The translations under genes and the position numbers were made by a program. The notes under the pieces are model-generated. The model made no database searches, had not been told where the DNA came from, and worked only from the letters and a program-made list of their open reading frames with translations. Shown in pieces: positions 8,801 to 15,767 of a DNA stretch of 23,121 bases. Source of the stretch: Candidatus Sericytochromatia bacterium (GTDB taxonomy: Bacteria; Cyanobacteriota; Sericytochromatia; S15B-MN24; UBA4093); contig JAKFBU010000013.1 of the NCBI GenBank assembly GCA_036676985.1, forward strand, positions 1 to 23,121, in the 5' to 3' direction. Position 1 is the first letter of the stretch. Every line of letters begins with the position of its first letter.

Positions 8801-10168
8801 CTTCACCAGCGGGAAGGGGATGCTCAGACCGAAAAAGAGTCGAAATGCAGCACGGAGGGCGCGCCGACGGTATTCATCTGACGGAGCGGTAGAGAGGAGG
8901 TTCTCCAGGAAGGCGGGATAGGACTCTTTGCTGTCGAGATCCAGGGTGAAACCCCACCCCTGGTACATGGGACGTCCTACCACTCCGACGGGGATGCCCC
9001 GGCTTACGGCCGTTTCGAGCCCCACGGTCGAATTGTAGACCAGGGTCGCGGTCGACATGTCAATGAGCGTGTAGGAACTGACGTCGTCCTTGGGCCAGAC
9101 CACCGAGACGTTGGCAGGCAACTGGGCCAGCGTGCGCTCGTAGCGCTCCATCACCCGTCCGCTGCGACCCTGCATGTGGTCCTCGTTGGGGTGAATCCGA
9201 ACGATCAGGTGGTAATCGGGATGTTCGTCAAACCAGCGGATCGTATCGGCAACCCACTCGATCATTTCGGGGTAGGGCCCGCGCCAGTCGGCGGTCGATG
9301 CCTCGGACTGCGAGCTGGTGAAGAGGGTGACGATTTTCCGCCCGCTCGGGATGCCCAGCCGGGCCCTGGTGGCCTCGATCGGCTGTGGCGGCGGTGAAAA
9401 GGCGTGCCAGCTCAGCTCTTTTCCGTAGCGACGCTGCATGATGAGCCGGTAGGCGTCCTCGAGTTCGGCCTCGAGGAGGGGAACCGCCTGCCAGCGATCG
9501 CGACACTCGTCGAGGCGGGGCCGGGCCCAGATCGCCTGATTCTCCGCAAAGGTCAGCGACTCGGGCAACAGGCCCCGCTCATGGTGGATGACGCGCAGGC
9601 CGCGTTCCCGCGCGAGCTCGTTGGCAACGCGGTGGCTGAAGAAACTACCGTTGAGCATGGCGACGCAGTCAGGCTGGAACTCGTCGAGTTGGCGCGATAG
9701 GGACCGCATGGCGAGCGCTCCGCCGAAAAGGTAGTTCCGGAAGGTCTGGGCCTGCTCGCCTGATAGCTCGCCGAAATCCGGCTGCCGGTAGTGGGCAATG
9801 AGGGAGCTCTTGCACCATTCGCCGAGGGGACGGCCGTCGAACTGCGCCGTGAAGAGATCTACATCTGCCATCCCGGCAAGCCAGGCGCTGACCTCGCGGC
9901 GGTCCTCAGGGTTTACCCGATCGCTCAGCCAGGCATGCTCGAGGTGCAAATTCTCGAAGACCCTGCGTCCGAGTGCGTGGCAGGATTGGCAGCCTTGCTC
10001 GGTGCGGGTGCTGTTTCCCCAGAAGATGTCGCAAGCTGGGAAGAAGCTGTCGCAGCCGACGAAGCGAACCTCGGCCCCCCGGTGCCGGAGGGCGTGGGCA
10101 ATGGTCGCCTCCCAGTAGGTGTGAAGGTACCAGTCACCGGAGTAGGGAGAGTAGAACAGGATCTTCAA
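2900..10168 (-). CDS. Giant multidomain glycosyltransferase (KpsS/capsule-synthesis-like + GT2 + TPR + GT2 + GT4 + GT4, plus three degenerate GT-B lobes)
   Basis: Uninterrupted ORF. Likely start is TTG at 10168 (MKILFYSPY, GAGGT 6 nt upstream); the ORF track extends it to 10189. Motifs: RIHPNE / NSTVGLE / YQGWGFTLD; ILDDGSTD..NGDD; IVDDGSTD..LDADD; QKG..SIWEDCAPLVVAEA; RKG..YRGEGFALPIAEA. Confidence 0.9.
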   Translation of the reverse strand: MKILFYSPYSGDWYLHTYWEATIAHALRHRGAEVRFVGCDSFFPACDIFWGNSTRTEQGCQSCHALGRRVFENLHLEHAWLSDRVNPEDRREVSAWLAGMADVDLFTAQFDGRPLGEWCKSSLIAHYRQPDFGELSGEQAQTFRNYLFGGALAMRSLSRQLDEFQPDCVAMLNGSFFSHRVANELARERGLRVIHHERGLLPESLTFAENQAIWARPRLDECRDRWQAVPLLEAELEDAYRLIMQRRYGKELSWHAFSPPPQPIEATRARLGIPSGRKIVTLFTSSQSEASTADWRGPYPEMIEWVADTIRWFDEHPDYHLIVRIHPNEDHMQGRSGRVMERYERTLAQLPANVSVVWPKDDVSSYTLIDMSTATLVYNSTVGLETAVSRGIPVGVVGRPMYQGWGFTLDLDSKESYPAFLENLLSTAPSDEYRRRALRAAFRLFFGLSIPFPLVKVVNFSHGELRYQSVEELAPGRHASLDRIAEGILGRSPLYLPPTEFERQRTTDAEDAFLAAHPSLLPIERPLPSVSIVAYVYNYAHYLDEAIQAILKQTHTAFELYILDDGSTDGTREVVAKYLHDPRVRYEYQANKGRARLHETFNRCLEATTGDLIAIANGDDLMHPEKIARQVTAFLADPSLEVIYHDASYIDAEGRDLGGSIIRPIANDVFERRLFGRQMFRCCLVPNPTAMFRRSILRRIGLQEYGWPHDFQFWLKAAVARCRFAVLPDKLLKYRAHEESHSTSSKRHDRLGEEARRMRREMRERYAIDELYPEIAFCADEVSARASAHLDLGNLMLRAELPDPGLAVPEFEAALELAPDFPEAHNNLGVSLLMSGDCQAGQEVLQKALERFGLAAIASNLEVARIAPKPEQANYTVLGQDPRQIELFQVSWPSEANVPAETTAATFIAATGDELDPLALGRAMASYLTTFQPEDPYPLVVLSTSDPQTQQIALAYEEAVASLGLDPALTPSVDIQQVRPAEFNSVFLAQLLSAHAFLPLGDQAGTRTLMSLAEERGRTVLPDADADALRRAATTRPELPPAWSGESLPLRHPSVEEADWEAPALDVATAARDRWLVADPEAWEANLAAVLADYASNLDLCLMIRVPEGAAETRQEQILAWLTEHGYDPDAIPDVLLIDAPSSARVSVFRAATAVLDTGCPRERNLAQALGLRYFQITKGTIPHEAPPPGEPRVSVIIPCYNYGRFLRTAVESVLAQTHPACEVIIVDDGSTDDSRDVAQALMADYPTFPIRLHTQQNGGHLRARNSGIEQASGHYIVTLDADDKLPPNYLAACVAALEAHPEASVAYPNVQKFGNTAAFDVPPAYSFELLQRFNYLTMATLFKRQAWEDVGGFPTHEGYEDWDFWIRCGKQGHRGVHVPAATNFYRIHGASVYGQDRAKDQRIKARVVLNHPDLYTAAQSRWAQGVMDKEAWALAIDSGLGMVPQLTTLPPTVAVTARPLEAFSTVAASAPAPKVIPADHPLHILFTMYGWAEEGGGTILPRQIAKALVRRGHRITVIYTPSQNRPDKPAYHVEASEEEGVQLFAIYNRPAIFYDMEHPEREADDPQMRRIIAQLVAELRPDIVHYHSLLNFSTGIAAEIKQAGVPSVFTSHNYWPICPRMYLFQEDLTLCSGPSEDGSKCAICVGRPDQTGGYALRADSGRQMLNRWVDRHLAVSHRVKELYAGSGHDASRIHVLQQQPETVEWLWEKAGSRRPLEGALDRPLKVGFIGSLLPQKGVHVLVRALQSFGRDQIEGHLFGSGPKAYEDMLHEIDAKGLVKFHGRYDVEQLPELLKRVDVVVIPSIWEDCAPLVVAEALAARCPVIGSRIGGIPDFIEEGKTGYLVDPRNAPGLGSALFQFVRDPGLLGRMQRAIQAPRGFDAYLDELVGHYHDVRARQGLRLVWEGSQFVRHSLALINREVCRRLAESGLELSIVPYEADEFGPEVDPSLQVIADRTNAPLTGPADVHVRHQWPPKFEPPAEGAWAMIQPWEFGGIPHEWVEPMTHQVDEIWVPTSHVRDGYLRSGIPADKVIVIPNGVDTDRLHPDAPKYPLATRKRFKFLFVGGTILRKGIDVLLEAYVKAFTAADDVCLVIKDLGGKSFYKGQTAKDRIAEIQANPLAPEIEYLDDPLSDAEIAGLYAACHCLVHPYRGEGFALPIAEAMATSLPVIVTGYGACLDFCDSETAFLIPAREVPLPPSSLPPSAVGYWWAEPDGDALITLMQSVVADPAHAKAVGKRARDRILSGFTWAHMAERILERLRILGMRTPTRFALSDPFQAGLMPLPLEDRRRYAFLHHPQWGSTSWQEVVTSYARAFPADADVSLVLWLDPSQGVTPEDAGERIAGALAEAGLDPEDGPDLLLVPDALDLPGLARLYTAVDCIVTHGEERDAQRAGKVGKRTLDDLSVDGWQGAAALGQSVHV

Positions 10169-10258
10169 GGGCTTACCTCGTGCTGCCAATCGCTTTCGTG
10201 CATGGTCAGGAGTTCAGGTGGTTGGCTCGAACCAGCGCTGTGCTTCCGCCAACGGGGG

Positions 10259-10933
10259 TCAAAGGATCCGACGCGCCGTCGCAAATGCCTCCGCCGCATG
10301 ACGACCTACCTTGCAGCCATGGTACAAGGCGGCGATTCTCACCGCCTCGACGGAGCGACTGTGCGGGGCCGGGCGCATCTCCGCGGCATAACATTCCAGG
10401 GCGACCACTAGCTGGTCCAGGTAGGCGGTGATATCGACGTAGGTGTCGGGCAGGAAGGGAGCGCCAATACTCGGGATGCTCCAGTCCGTGGCACTGGGCG
10501 TCTCGAAGCAGCGGATTTCCTCCACTCGCTCTCCAGGCTGGGGACGAAAGGCGGTCAAGGTCGCCTGACAGGCGATCCGGTGGTCCACGTTCAGGTCGCC
10601 CCCATGGTGGGTGTAGACAAGGTCGGGCTGGACCCGGGCCTTGGCTTGCTCGACCTTCTTCGCGATGTCGAGGAGAGGAACCGTGTCGAAGCTGTTGTCC
10701 GGAAAGGTCTCGAACCCCAGGATCGACGCACCCAGGAGGCGGGAGGCAGTCTCTGCCGCCTCCCGGCGCTCTCGAACGGCCTCCGGATTTACCGAGGTGC
10801 GAGAGCTGACCCCGTCGCCGAGGAACAACACTGAGACCGTGTCGCCCTCGGCGGCGTGTCGAGCCATCGTTCCGCCCATGCCGAGGACCTCATCATCGGG
10901 ATGGGCGGCGACGATCAAGATGTTGCGTGGCAT
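10259..10933 (-). CDS. PIG-L/LmbE family N-acetyl-sugar deacetylase
   Basis: Metal-binding motifs AHPDDE and THHGGDLNVDH, with C-terminal AEAF. Confidence 0.92.
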   Translation of the reverse strand: MPRNILIVAAHPDDEVLGMGGTMARHAAEGDTVSVLFLGDGVSSRTSVNPEAVRERREAAETASRLLGASILGFETFPDNSFDTVPLLDIAKKVEQAKARVQPDLVYTHHGGDLNVDHRIACQATLTAFRPQPGERVEEIRCFETPSATDWSIPSIGAPFLPDTYVDITAYLDQLVVALECYAAEMRPAPHSRSVEAVRIAALYHGCKVGRHAAEAFATARRIL

Positions 10934-10957
10934 GTTCTCTCGCTCTCTGGGGACGGG

Positions 10958-11680
10958 CTAAATCTGCTGCTTGAGCTGCTCGTACTTGTGGAAGACGCTG
11001 CCTTCCGCCAGGTACTTCTTCTGGCACACCGTCTCGAAGGTGGTGAAGCCATCCGTGTCGATGGAGTGGAACCACGCGTCCTCCTGCAGCTCCATCCGGT
11101 GAAGGCGTTCGAGGAATTCCTCGTTGATCCGATCCCGCGGAATGATGGCCACGCCGCTGTCGTCGCACACGGCGATCGTCCCGTCATACTTAGCCCGCAG
11201 CTCGGCCAGGAGCTCGGGGGACGGGCCGGATTCGTTCTTCACGTTGAAGCAGCCGACGGGCGTGCCGCCCTCGCTCCAGATCGCGTAGTTCTCCTTGCGC
11301 AGGGTGTGAACGTCCCGCACCAGCCCCATCATGACCACGGCGGCCACGTCCCGGTAGAGCATGAGGAACTTGGCCACCAGGGCCCCGAACACGGCGTAGT
11401 CTTTGCAGTCGATCGCGGCCACGATCAGGATCTCGCCCGGCTGGACGTCCTGGATCTGCTCGTGGAACTCCCAGTTGCTGCAGTTGTAGGCGTAGACGAG
11501 GCGTGTCGGTCCCACCCGGTGGTGTCCGTAATTCAGGGGCTGGACCTTCGGAATGGCGCCGGTCTTGCCGAGGCAGTCGGTGACCTCCGAGGTGCAGATG
11601 CGGTTGCGGCGGATGGTCTCGATCATCCGATCCTGCACAGATTGGGCAGCGATCCGTTTCTCTACGGTGGTCTCGGGCAT
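10958..11680 (-). CDS. RraA / HMG-CHA aldolase-like protein
   Basis: TSEVTDCLG, VQPGEILIV, AVFGALVA, GLVRD and AVCDDSGVAIIP fit the RraA-like fold. RBS AGGAGG. Confidence 0.8.
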   Translation of the reverse strand: MPETTVEKRIAAQSVQDRMIETIRRNRICTSEVTDCLGKTGAIPKVQPLNYGHHRVGPTRLVYAYNCSNWEFHEQIQDVQPGEILIVAAIDCKDYAVFGALVAKFLMLYRDVAAVVMMGLVRDVHTLRKENYAIWSEGGTPVGCFNVKNESGPSPELLAELRAKYDGTIAVCDDSGVAIIPRDRINEEFLERLHRMELQEDAWFHSIDTDGFTTFETVCQKKYLAEGSVFHKYEQLKQQI

Positions 11681-11688
11681 GGTGCCTC

Positions 11689-12504
11689 CTATCGGCGAGC
11701 GAGGGGTGCGGGAGAAGCGTTGAACAGCTCCAGGGCCGTCTGAGCCATGAGCTGCTCGATATCAGCAGCCGAGAAGTGGTGGGCCTCCAGGAACGCCAGG
11801 GTCTCGTCCCGGGAGTGCTGCATGGTCACGTAGGGGTGATCCGAACCGTACAGCCAGCGGTGCGCGCCGAGCTTGCGGATGGCGAAGGCGAAGTCCGTCT
11901 CGACGCTGCTGCCCCGCCAGAACGACACCGAAAAGGAGGTGTCGATGAGGAGATTCGGGGCGTCGAACGCCATGGACATCACCTCCAGGACCATGCGGCC
12001 TCCCCCGTGCAGGGCGATGAGCGGCGTCTTGACCGCTCGGGCAAGGGCACTCACCAGGCGCACGCCGCTCACGTCGAAGACCCGGAGCGTGCCGTAGCTG
12101 CAGCAGATTGCGCACCACAGGCCCCGGGCCCCCGCGTACTGGGCCACGCCGATGGCCGCGGGAAAGTCATGGTCTGCCAGGTTGAGCTCGTACGGGTGGA
12201 ACTTGATGCCGGCCATCCCGAGGGCAGCGGCCGCGTCGACTCGGTCGTAGGCGTCGGGGCGCCGGGGGTCGATCATGACCGTGGCCTTGAGGTCGGAGCG
12301 CTGGAGGCGAGCGGCCAGCGGGTGTCCCGGCTCGAGCAGGAAGTCGCTGTCGAGGAGCATGAGGTTTCCGGCTTCGATGCCGGTGGCCTGCAACTCGGAC
12401 TCGACGATACCGACGCGCTCGGGCGCGTCGAACCGCCTGAAATCCAGCTCGTTGGCAAGGTCGGGCTGGGGGGTGAGGTGGAGATTGAAGTCGACTAGGC
12501 GCAT
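11689..12504 (-). CDS. Amidohydrolase family protein (amidohydrolase_2-like TIM barrel)
   Basis: DFNLH (a variant of DxHxH), GIKFHP, LHGGG, IDTS and LYGSDHPY. Confidence 0.85.
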   Translation of the reverse strand: MRLVDFNLHLTPQPDLANELDFRRFDAPERVGIVESELQATGIEAGNLMLLDSDFLLEPGHPLAARLQRSDLKATVMIDPRRPDAYDRVDAAAALGMAGIKFHPYELNLADHDFPAAIGVAQYAGARGLWCAICCSYGTLRVFDVSGVRLVSALARAVKTPLIALHGGGRMVLEVMSMAFDAPNLLIDTSFSVSFWRGSSVETDFAFAIRKLGAHRWLYGSDHPYVTMQHSRDETLAFLEAHHFSAADIEQLMAQTALELFNASPAPLARR

Positions 12505-13145
12505 GGGGCTTTTCTCATGACGACCAGCATCTCGCGCTGGGGGATGGGGCGGTAGTCGTGGTGCAGCGAGACGAAGGGAGTCAGCTCGAAGGCCAGTTCG
12601 AGGATCTTGGCCGGCTCATAGTAGAAGACGAAGTCCTCTTTCGGGTAATCCGGCGTGAGCTCCGTGCTGAGCACGTCGAAGACCAGGGCTTCGTGGCACA
12701 GCTCGAAGGCCTTCGAGACTAGCGTCCGGGCATAGGTCCAGTTGTCCAGCTCCGACTGTTTGAAGTTGAGCAGCCCGAGCATGACGGCGACGTCGGCGGA
12801 AACCTGGTCGGGCTCCACCTGCAGCGGGCTCGCAACCAGGAAGCGCGCCTCCGGATACTTCTCGGCCGAGCGGGCGATGAAGTCGGGGTTGATGTCGAGG
12901 CCTGTGTAGGCGCTCGGCGTGAGGTTCGCCCGCTCGAGGGCCCCCAGGAGGTCGGCGAAGCCGCAGCCGATGTCCAGGACCGAGCGGCCTGCAAACGGGG
13001 TGCTCGCGAAGACCCGGGCGAATCGGTGCTCCTGCTGCTCCCGGCTGCCCCAGCCCAGGGTGCGGCAGGACTCGCCGTGGGACTGGTAGCGCTCCGAGTA
13101 GCGATGGACGGTCTGTTGATCGATGGCTTCGTAAGGGCTAGGCAT
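12495..13145 (-). CDS. Class I SAM-dependent methyltransferase
   Basis: Motif I SVLDIGCGFAD and motif II YTGLDIN. Overlaps both neighbours, suggesting translational coupling. Confidence 0.9.
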   Translation of the reverse strand: MPSPYEAIDQQTVHRYSERYQSHGESCRTLGWGSREQQEHRFARVFASTPFAGRSVLDIGCGFADLLGALERANLTPSAYTGLDINPDFIARSAEKYPEARFLVASPLQVEPDQVSADVAVMLGLLNFKQSELDNWTYARTLVSKAFELCHEALVFDVLSTELTPDYPKEDFVFYYEPAKILELAFELTPFVSLHHDYRPIPQREMLVVMRKAPCA

Positions 13146-14340
13146 AGGTCACCTTCAGGCCCTGCAGGGAGCGCTCGGCAAGCGCCTGAACCTCGGTTCG
13201 GGAGGCCCCCAGGGTGATCACGAACCCGTGACGATCGGCGTCAGTGGTGGTGGGCAGCACTTCGTCTCCGGCTCCGACGCGCAGGCGCAGGGCTGCCACT
13301 CCCTCGAGTCCGAGGACCTCTTCCTGACCTTGGATCCGCTGGATGCGTCCATGCGGGAAGACGAAGAACTTCAGGTAGGCAGCCCGGTGATCCTGCCCAC
13401 CCTTCTGTCGGTACAGGTCCTCGCCCAGCCCGAGGCTATCCATGACGAGCTGCCGGGTGACATCGATGCCCGATACGCCGGGCACGATGATCGAGGAGGT
13501 GTAGCATCCCCCGCCGCGGTTGGCGATCTCGATCAGGTAGGGATCCCCTTGCGCGTCCACCATGTACTCGGCGTGGGTGTAGCCGAAGCGGTAGCCGAGG
13601 CCGGCCACCACCCGGTCGTTGTTCTCGAGGGCTCGCTGGTAGACGGGCTCGGAGAGCTCGCCGGGGTAAAGGATGTCGATGGCCACCTGGCGATCCTTGA
13701 TCAGGGTCTTGGTGGCCAGGCTCAAGGAGCGATGGCCGCTCTCGGGAAAGCAGTAGCCGTCGACCGTGATATGCACGCCGTGGATGAAGGTCTCGACCAA
13801 GACCAGGCGCGAGTGCGAGTGGATGAGCGCCTCGTAGTAGGCCGCCCGTAGTTCCTCACGTGTATCGGCCCGGTTGACGCCGAAGCTCCCGCGGTTGTCG
13901 ACGGGCTTGAGGATGACGGGATAGCCGACACGCTCGGCGAAGCGTTCGGCCTCCGCAAGCTCCGTACATGCCTGGAAGGCGGGCTGCAGGAGGCCGGCCT
14001 CCTGGGCCCGCTGGCGTTGGAGCAGCTTGTTGGTGGCGATCTGGGCTTCGCGGAGGCGGGGCCCCGGCAGCCCGAGCTTCTCGGCGATGACCGTGCAGGC
14101 GAAGTAGGAGTAGTCGCATTGGTCGGAGACGACGGCGGCCGGCTGCAGCTTCTCGGCGAAGGCGAGCACCTCGTCCAGGTTCCGCGGGGCGATCACCTCC
14201 ACGTAATCGAGCCCGAGATCCCGCGCGTAGGAGTCGTCCGGATGAAGTCCGACCACCGGGTGCCCGAACTCCTTCGCCGTTCGGATCAGGGCCTCTTGCT
14301 CCCAGCCGAGGTTGATGACCAGGATCGGTCTAGCCGACAT
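13138..14340 (-). CDS. ATP-grasp amide ligase (L-amino-acid-ligase-like)
   Basis: TNKLLQR, GYPVILKPVDNRGSFGV, LVETFIHG, HAEY and LIEIANRGGG. Start reassigned to ATG 14340 (MSARPILV, GGAGG upstream), overlapping the synthase stop by 11 nt. Confidence 0.9.
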   Translation of the reverse strand: MSARPILVINLGWEQEALIRTAKEFGHPVVGLHPDDSYARDLGLDYVEVIAPRNLDEVLAFAEKLQPAAVVSDQCDYSYFACTVIAEKLGLPGPRLREAQIATNKLLQRQRAQEAGLLQPAFQACTELAEAERFAERVGYPVILKPVDNRGSFGVNRADTREELRAAYYEALIHSHSRLVLVETFIHGVHITVDGYCFPESGHRSLSLATKTLIKDRQVAIDILYPGELSEPVYQRALENNDRVVAGLGYRFGYTHAEYMVDAQGDPYLIEIANRGGGCYTSSIIVPGVSGIDVTRQLVMDSLGLGEDLYRQKGGQDHRAAYLKFFVFPHGRIQRIQGQEEVLGLEGVAALRLRVGAGDEVLPTTTDADRHGFVITLGASRTEVQALAERSLQGLKVTYA

Positions 14341-15370
14341 ACTCGAGATCCTCCCAAGACAGCAGGGTTCCGGCCGACATGTCGCGCCGGAGGCGGTGGC
14401 AAACCAGGTGTTCGAGCATTTCCGCGGGAATCCCACCGGCCGTGCGACGAAGCGTCAGGTGATCCCGCAGGATCCGCTCCCCCTTCGGCAGGTCGCCGCG
14501 CGCCACCCACTTGAACGAGACGTCCGCCCGGAAGGCCAGCTCGTCCGGCGTGAGCGCGGGGCGCAGCCCGTCGCCCATGCCGGCTTCGATTTCGCGGACA
14601 TGGCGGACCATCTCCCGGAACTCGGCAGGCTCGATGGCGAAGTGATGGTCGGGGCCCGGCAGGCTCCGGTCGAGCGTGAGGTGCTTCTCCAGCACGACGG
14701 CGCCGAGGGCGACGGCCGCCGGGGCGAAGTGGATGTCGTGCGTGTGGTCGGAGTAGCCGACCAGGCAGCCAAACGCCTGGCGATAGGTTTGGATCAGGCG
14801 CAAGTTGGCGCGCTGGGGCTCGGTCGGGTACTGGGAGACGCAATGCAGAAGGACGAGCTGATCGTTTCCCGCCCGGCGGCAGAGCTCGAGCGTGCGCTGG
14901 ATGTCGCCGTAGTCGGCGATGCCCGTCGACATCACGAGCGGCAGGCCGGTGGCCGCGGCTCGCGCCACCAGCTCGTCGTAGACGCCGAACTGGGCGGAGG
15001 CGATCTTGTAGGCGGGCACGCCGTGCTGACGCAACAGCTCGATGGCCTCCACGTACGTGGGCGACGAGATGAAGTGCAGCCCCCGGCGCTGGCAGTGGGC
15101 CGAGATCTCGGCGTACCAGGTTTCGGACAGCTCGATCTGGGCGAAGAACTCTCGAAACTCGGGGGTGGTCTTGTCCGGGAGGTACAGTTCGTCGAACTTC
15201 AGGGACTGGAACTTGGCCGCATCTGCTCCCGCTTCAGCGGCCGCGTCGATCAGCTCCTTGGCCAGCGCCATGTCCTGGTTATGGTTCGAGCCAATCTCCG
15301 CGATGATGTAGGTGGGTGCGCCGTTCCCGACCAGCCGATGGCCGATTTGGATCTGTTTCGCATCGTGCAT
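14330..15370 (-). CDS. pseI: NeuB/PseI/SpsE-family nonulosonic acid synthase with C-terminal SAF domain
   Basis: IIAEIGSNHN, ADAAKFQ, KIAS, MSTG, LHCVSQYP, GYSDHT and LEKHLTLDR. Start reassigned to ATG 15370 (GGAGG 9 nt upstream; 15376 is an alternative). The pseI symbol rests on genomic context with pseB/C/F/G. Confidence 0.85.
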   Translation of the reverse strand: MHDAKQIQIGHRLVGNGAPTYIIAEIGSNHNQDMALAKELIDAAAEAGADAAKFQSLKFDELYLPDKTTPEFREFFAQIELSETWYAEISAHCQRRGLHFISSPTYVEAIELLRQHGVPAYKIASAQFGVYDELVARAAATGLPLVMSTGIADYGDIQRTLELCRRAGNDQLVLLHCVSQYPTEPQRANLRLIQTYRQAFGCLVGYSDHTHDIHFAPAAVALGAVVLEKHLTLDRSLPGPDHHFAIEPAEFREMVRHVREIEAGMGDGLRPALTPDELAFRADVSFKWVARGDLPKGERILRDHLTLRRTAGGIPAEMLEHLVCHRLRRDMSAGTLLSWEDLEYVG

Positions 15371-15394
15371 ATTCATTCGCCTCCACTGGTAGTT

Positions 15395-15421
15395 ACATCG
15401 GCTTGATGAGGAGAACCTTAA
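15395..15421 (-). promoter_or_regulatory. Putative sigma28 promoter for the synthase/tailoring operon
   Basis: Minus strand reads TTAA(15421-15418)-N15-GCCGATGT(15402-15395), directly upstream of the RBS. Confidence 0.65.
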
Positions 15422-15767
15422 ACGCCCGGATGGCCATGCCGAGGCCTGAGCCAGCAAAGCCGGATCACGCCGTCGGCCTAGGTGGTCCTCACATGGGCTT
15501 CGACTGGTTTGCACCCCAACAGGATCGGCCTAAGGAAAGCGCTGTACAGTATACCGGCGCCATGCCTGATTGGAAACCTGAGCCTGCCGTCGCTCTGAGC
15601 CCAGGAGGTCTTGCCAAGAATGGGTTAGGCCTGCGTCTCGGCCGCGATGACCTCGGCCATTCGCCCGGCGCCACGACCATGCCACAAGTCGCATGGCCCG
15701 GCCCGACTCCAGGGCAGCCGTCGACATGCCTGGCGATTTGGCCCCCTTCACCGGAACGGCCGGGTCT

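Noticed and set aside
10190-10258. Possible promoter or terminator ahead of the giant GT (GTTGGC/GCCAAC stem)
   Set aside because: No U-tract and no correctly spaced sigma28 or sigma70 boxes; the gene is probably co-transcribed from upstream.
10958-11680. Annotation as RNase E regulator RraA or MenG methyltransferase
   Set aside because: No SAM-binding motif; the length and the operon context favour an aldolase-like metabolic enzyme.
14341-14436. Extended N-terminus of the ATP-grasp ORF (also the extensions of the synthase to 15514 and pseC to 21999)
   Set aside because: The extensions run deep into upstream genes or the promoter; downstream ATGs match where family homology begins and mostly have better RBS spacing.
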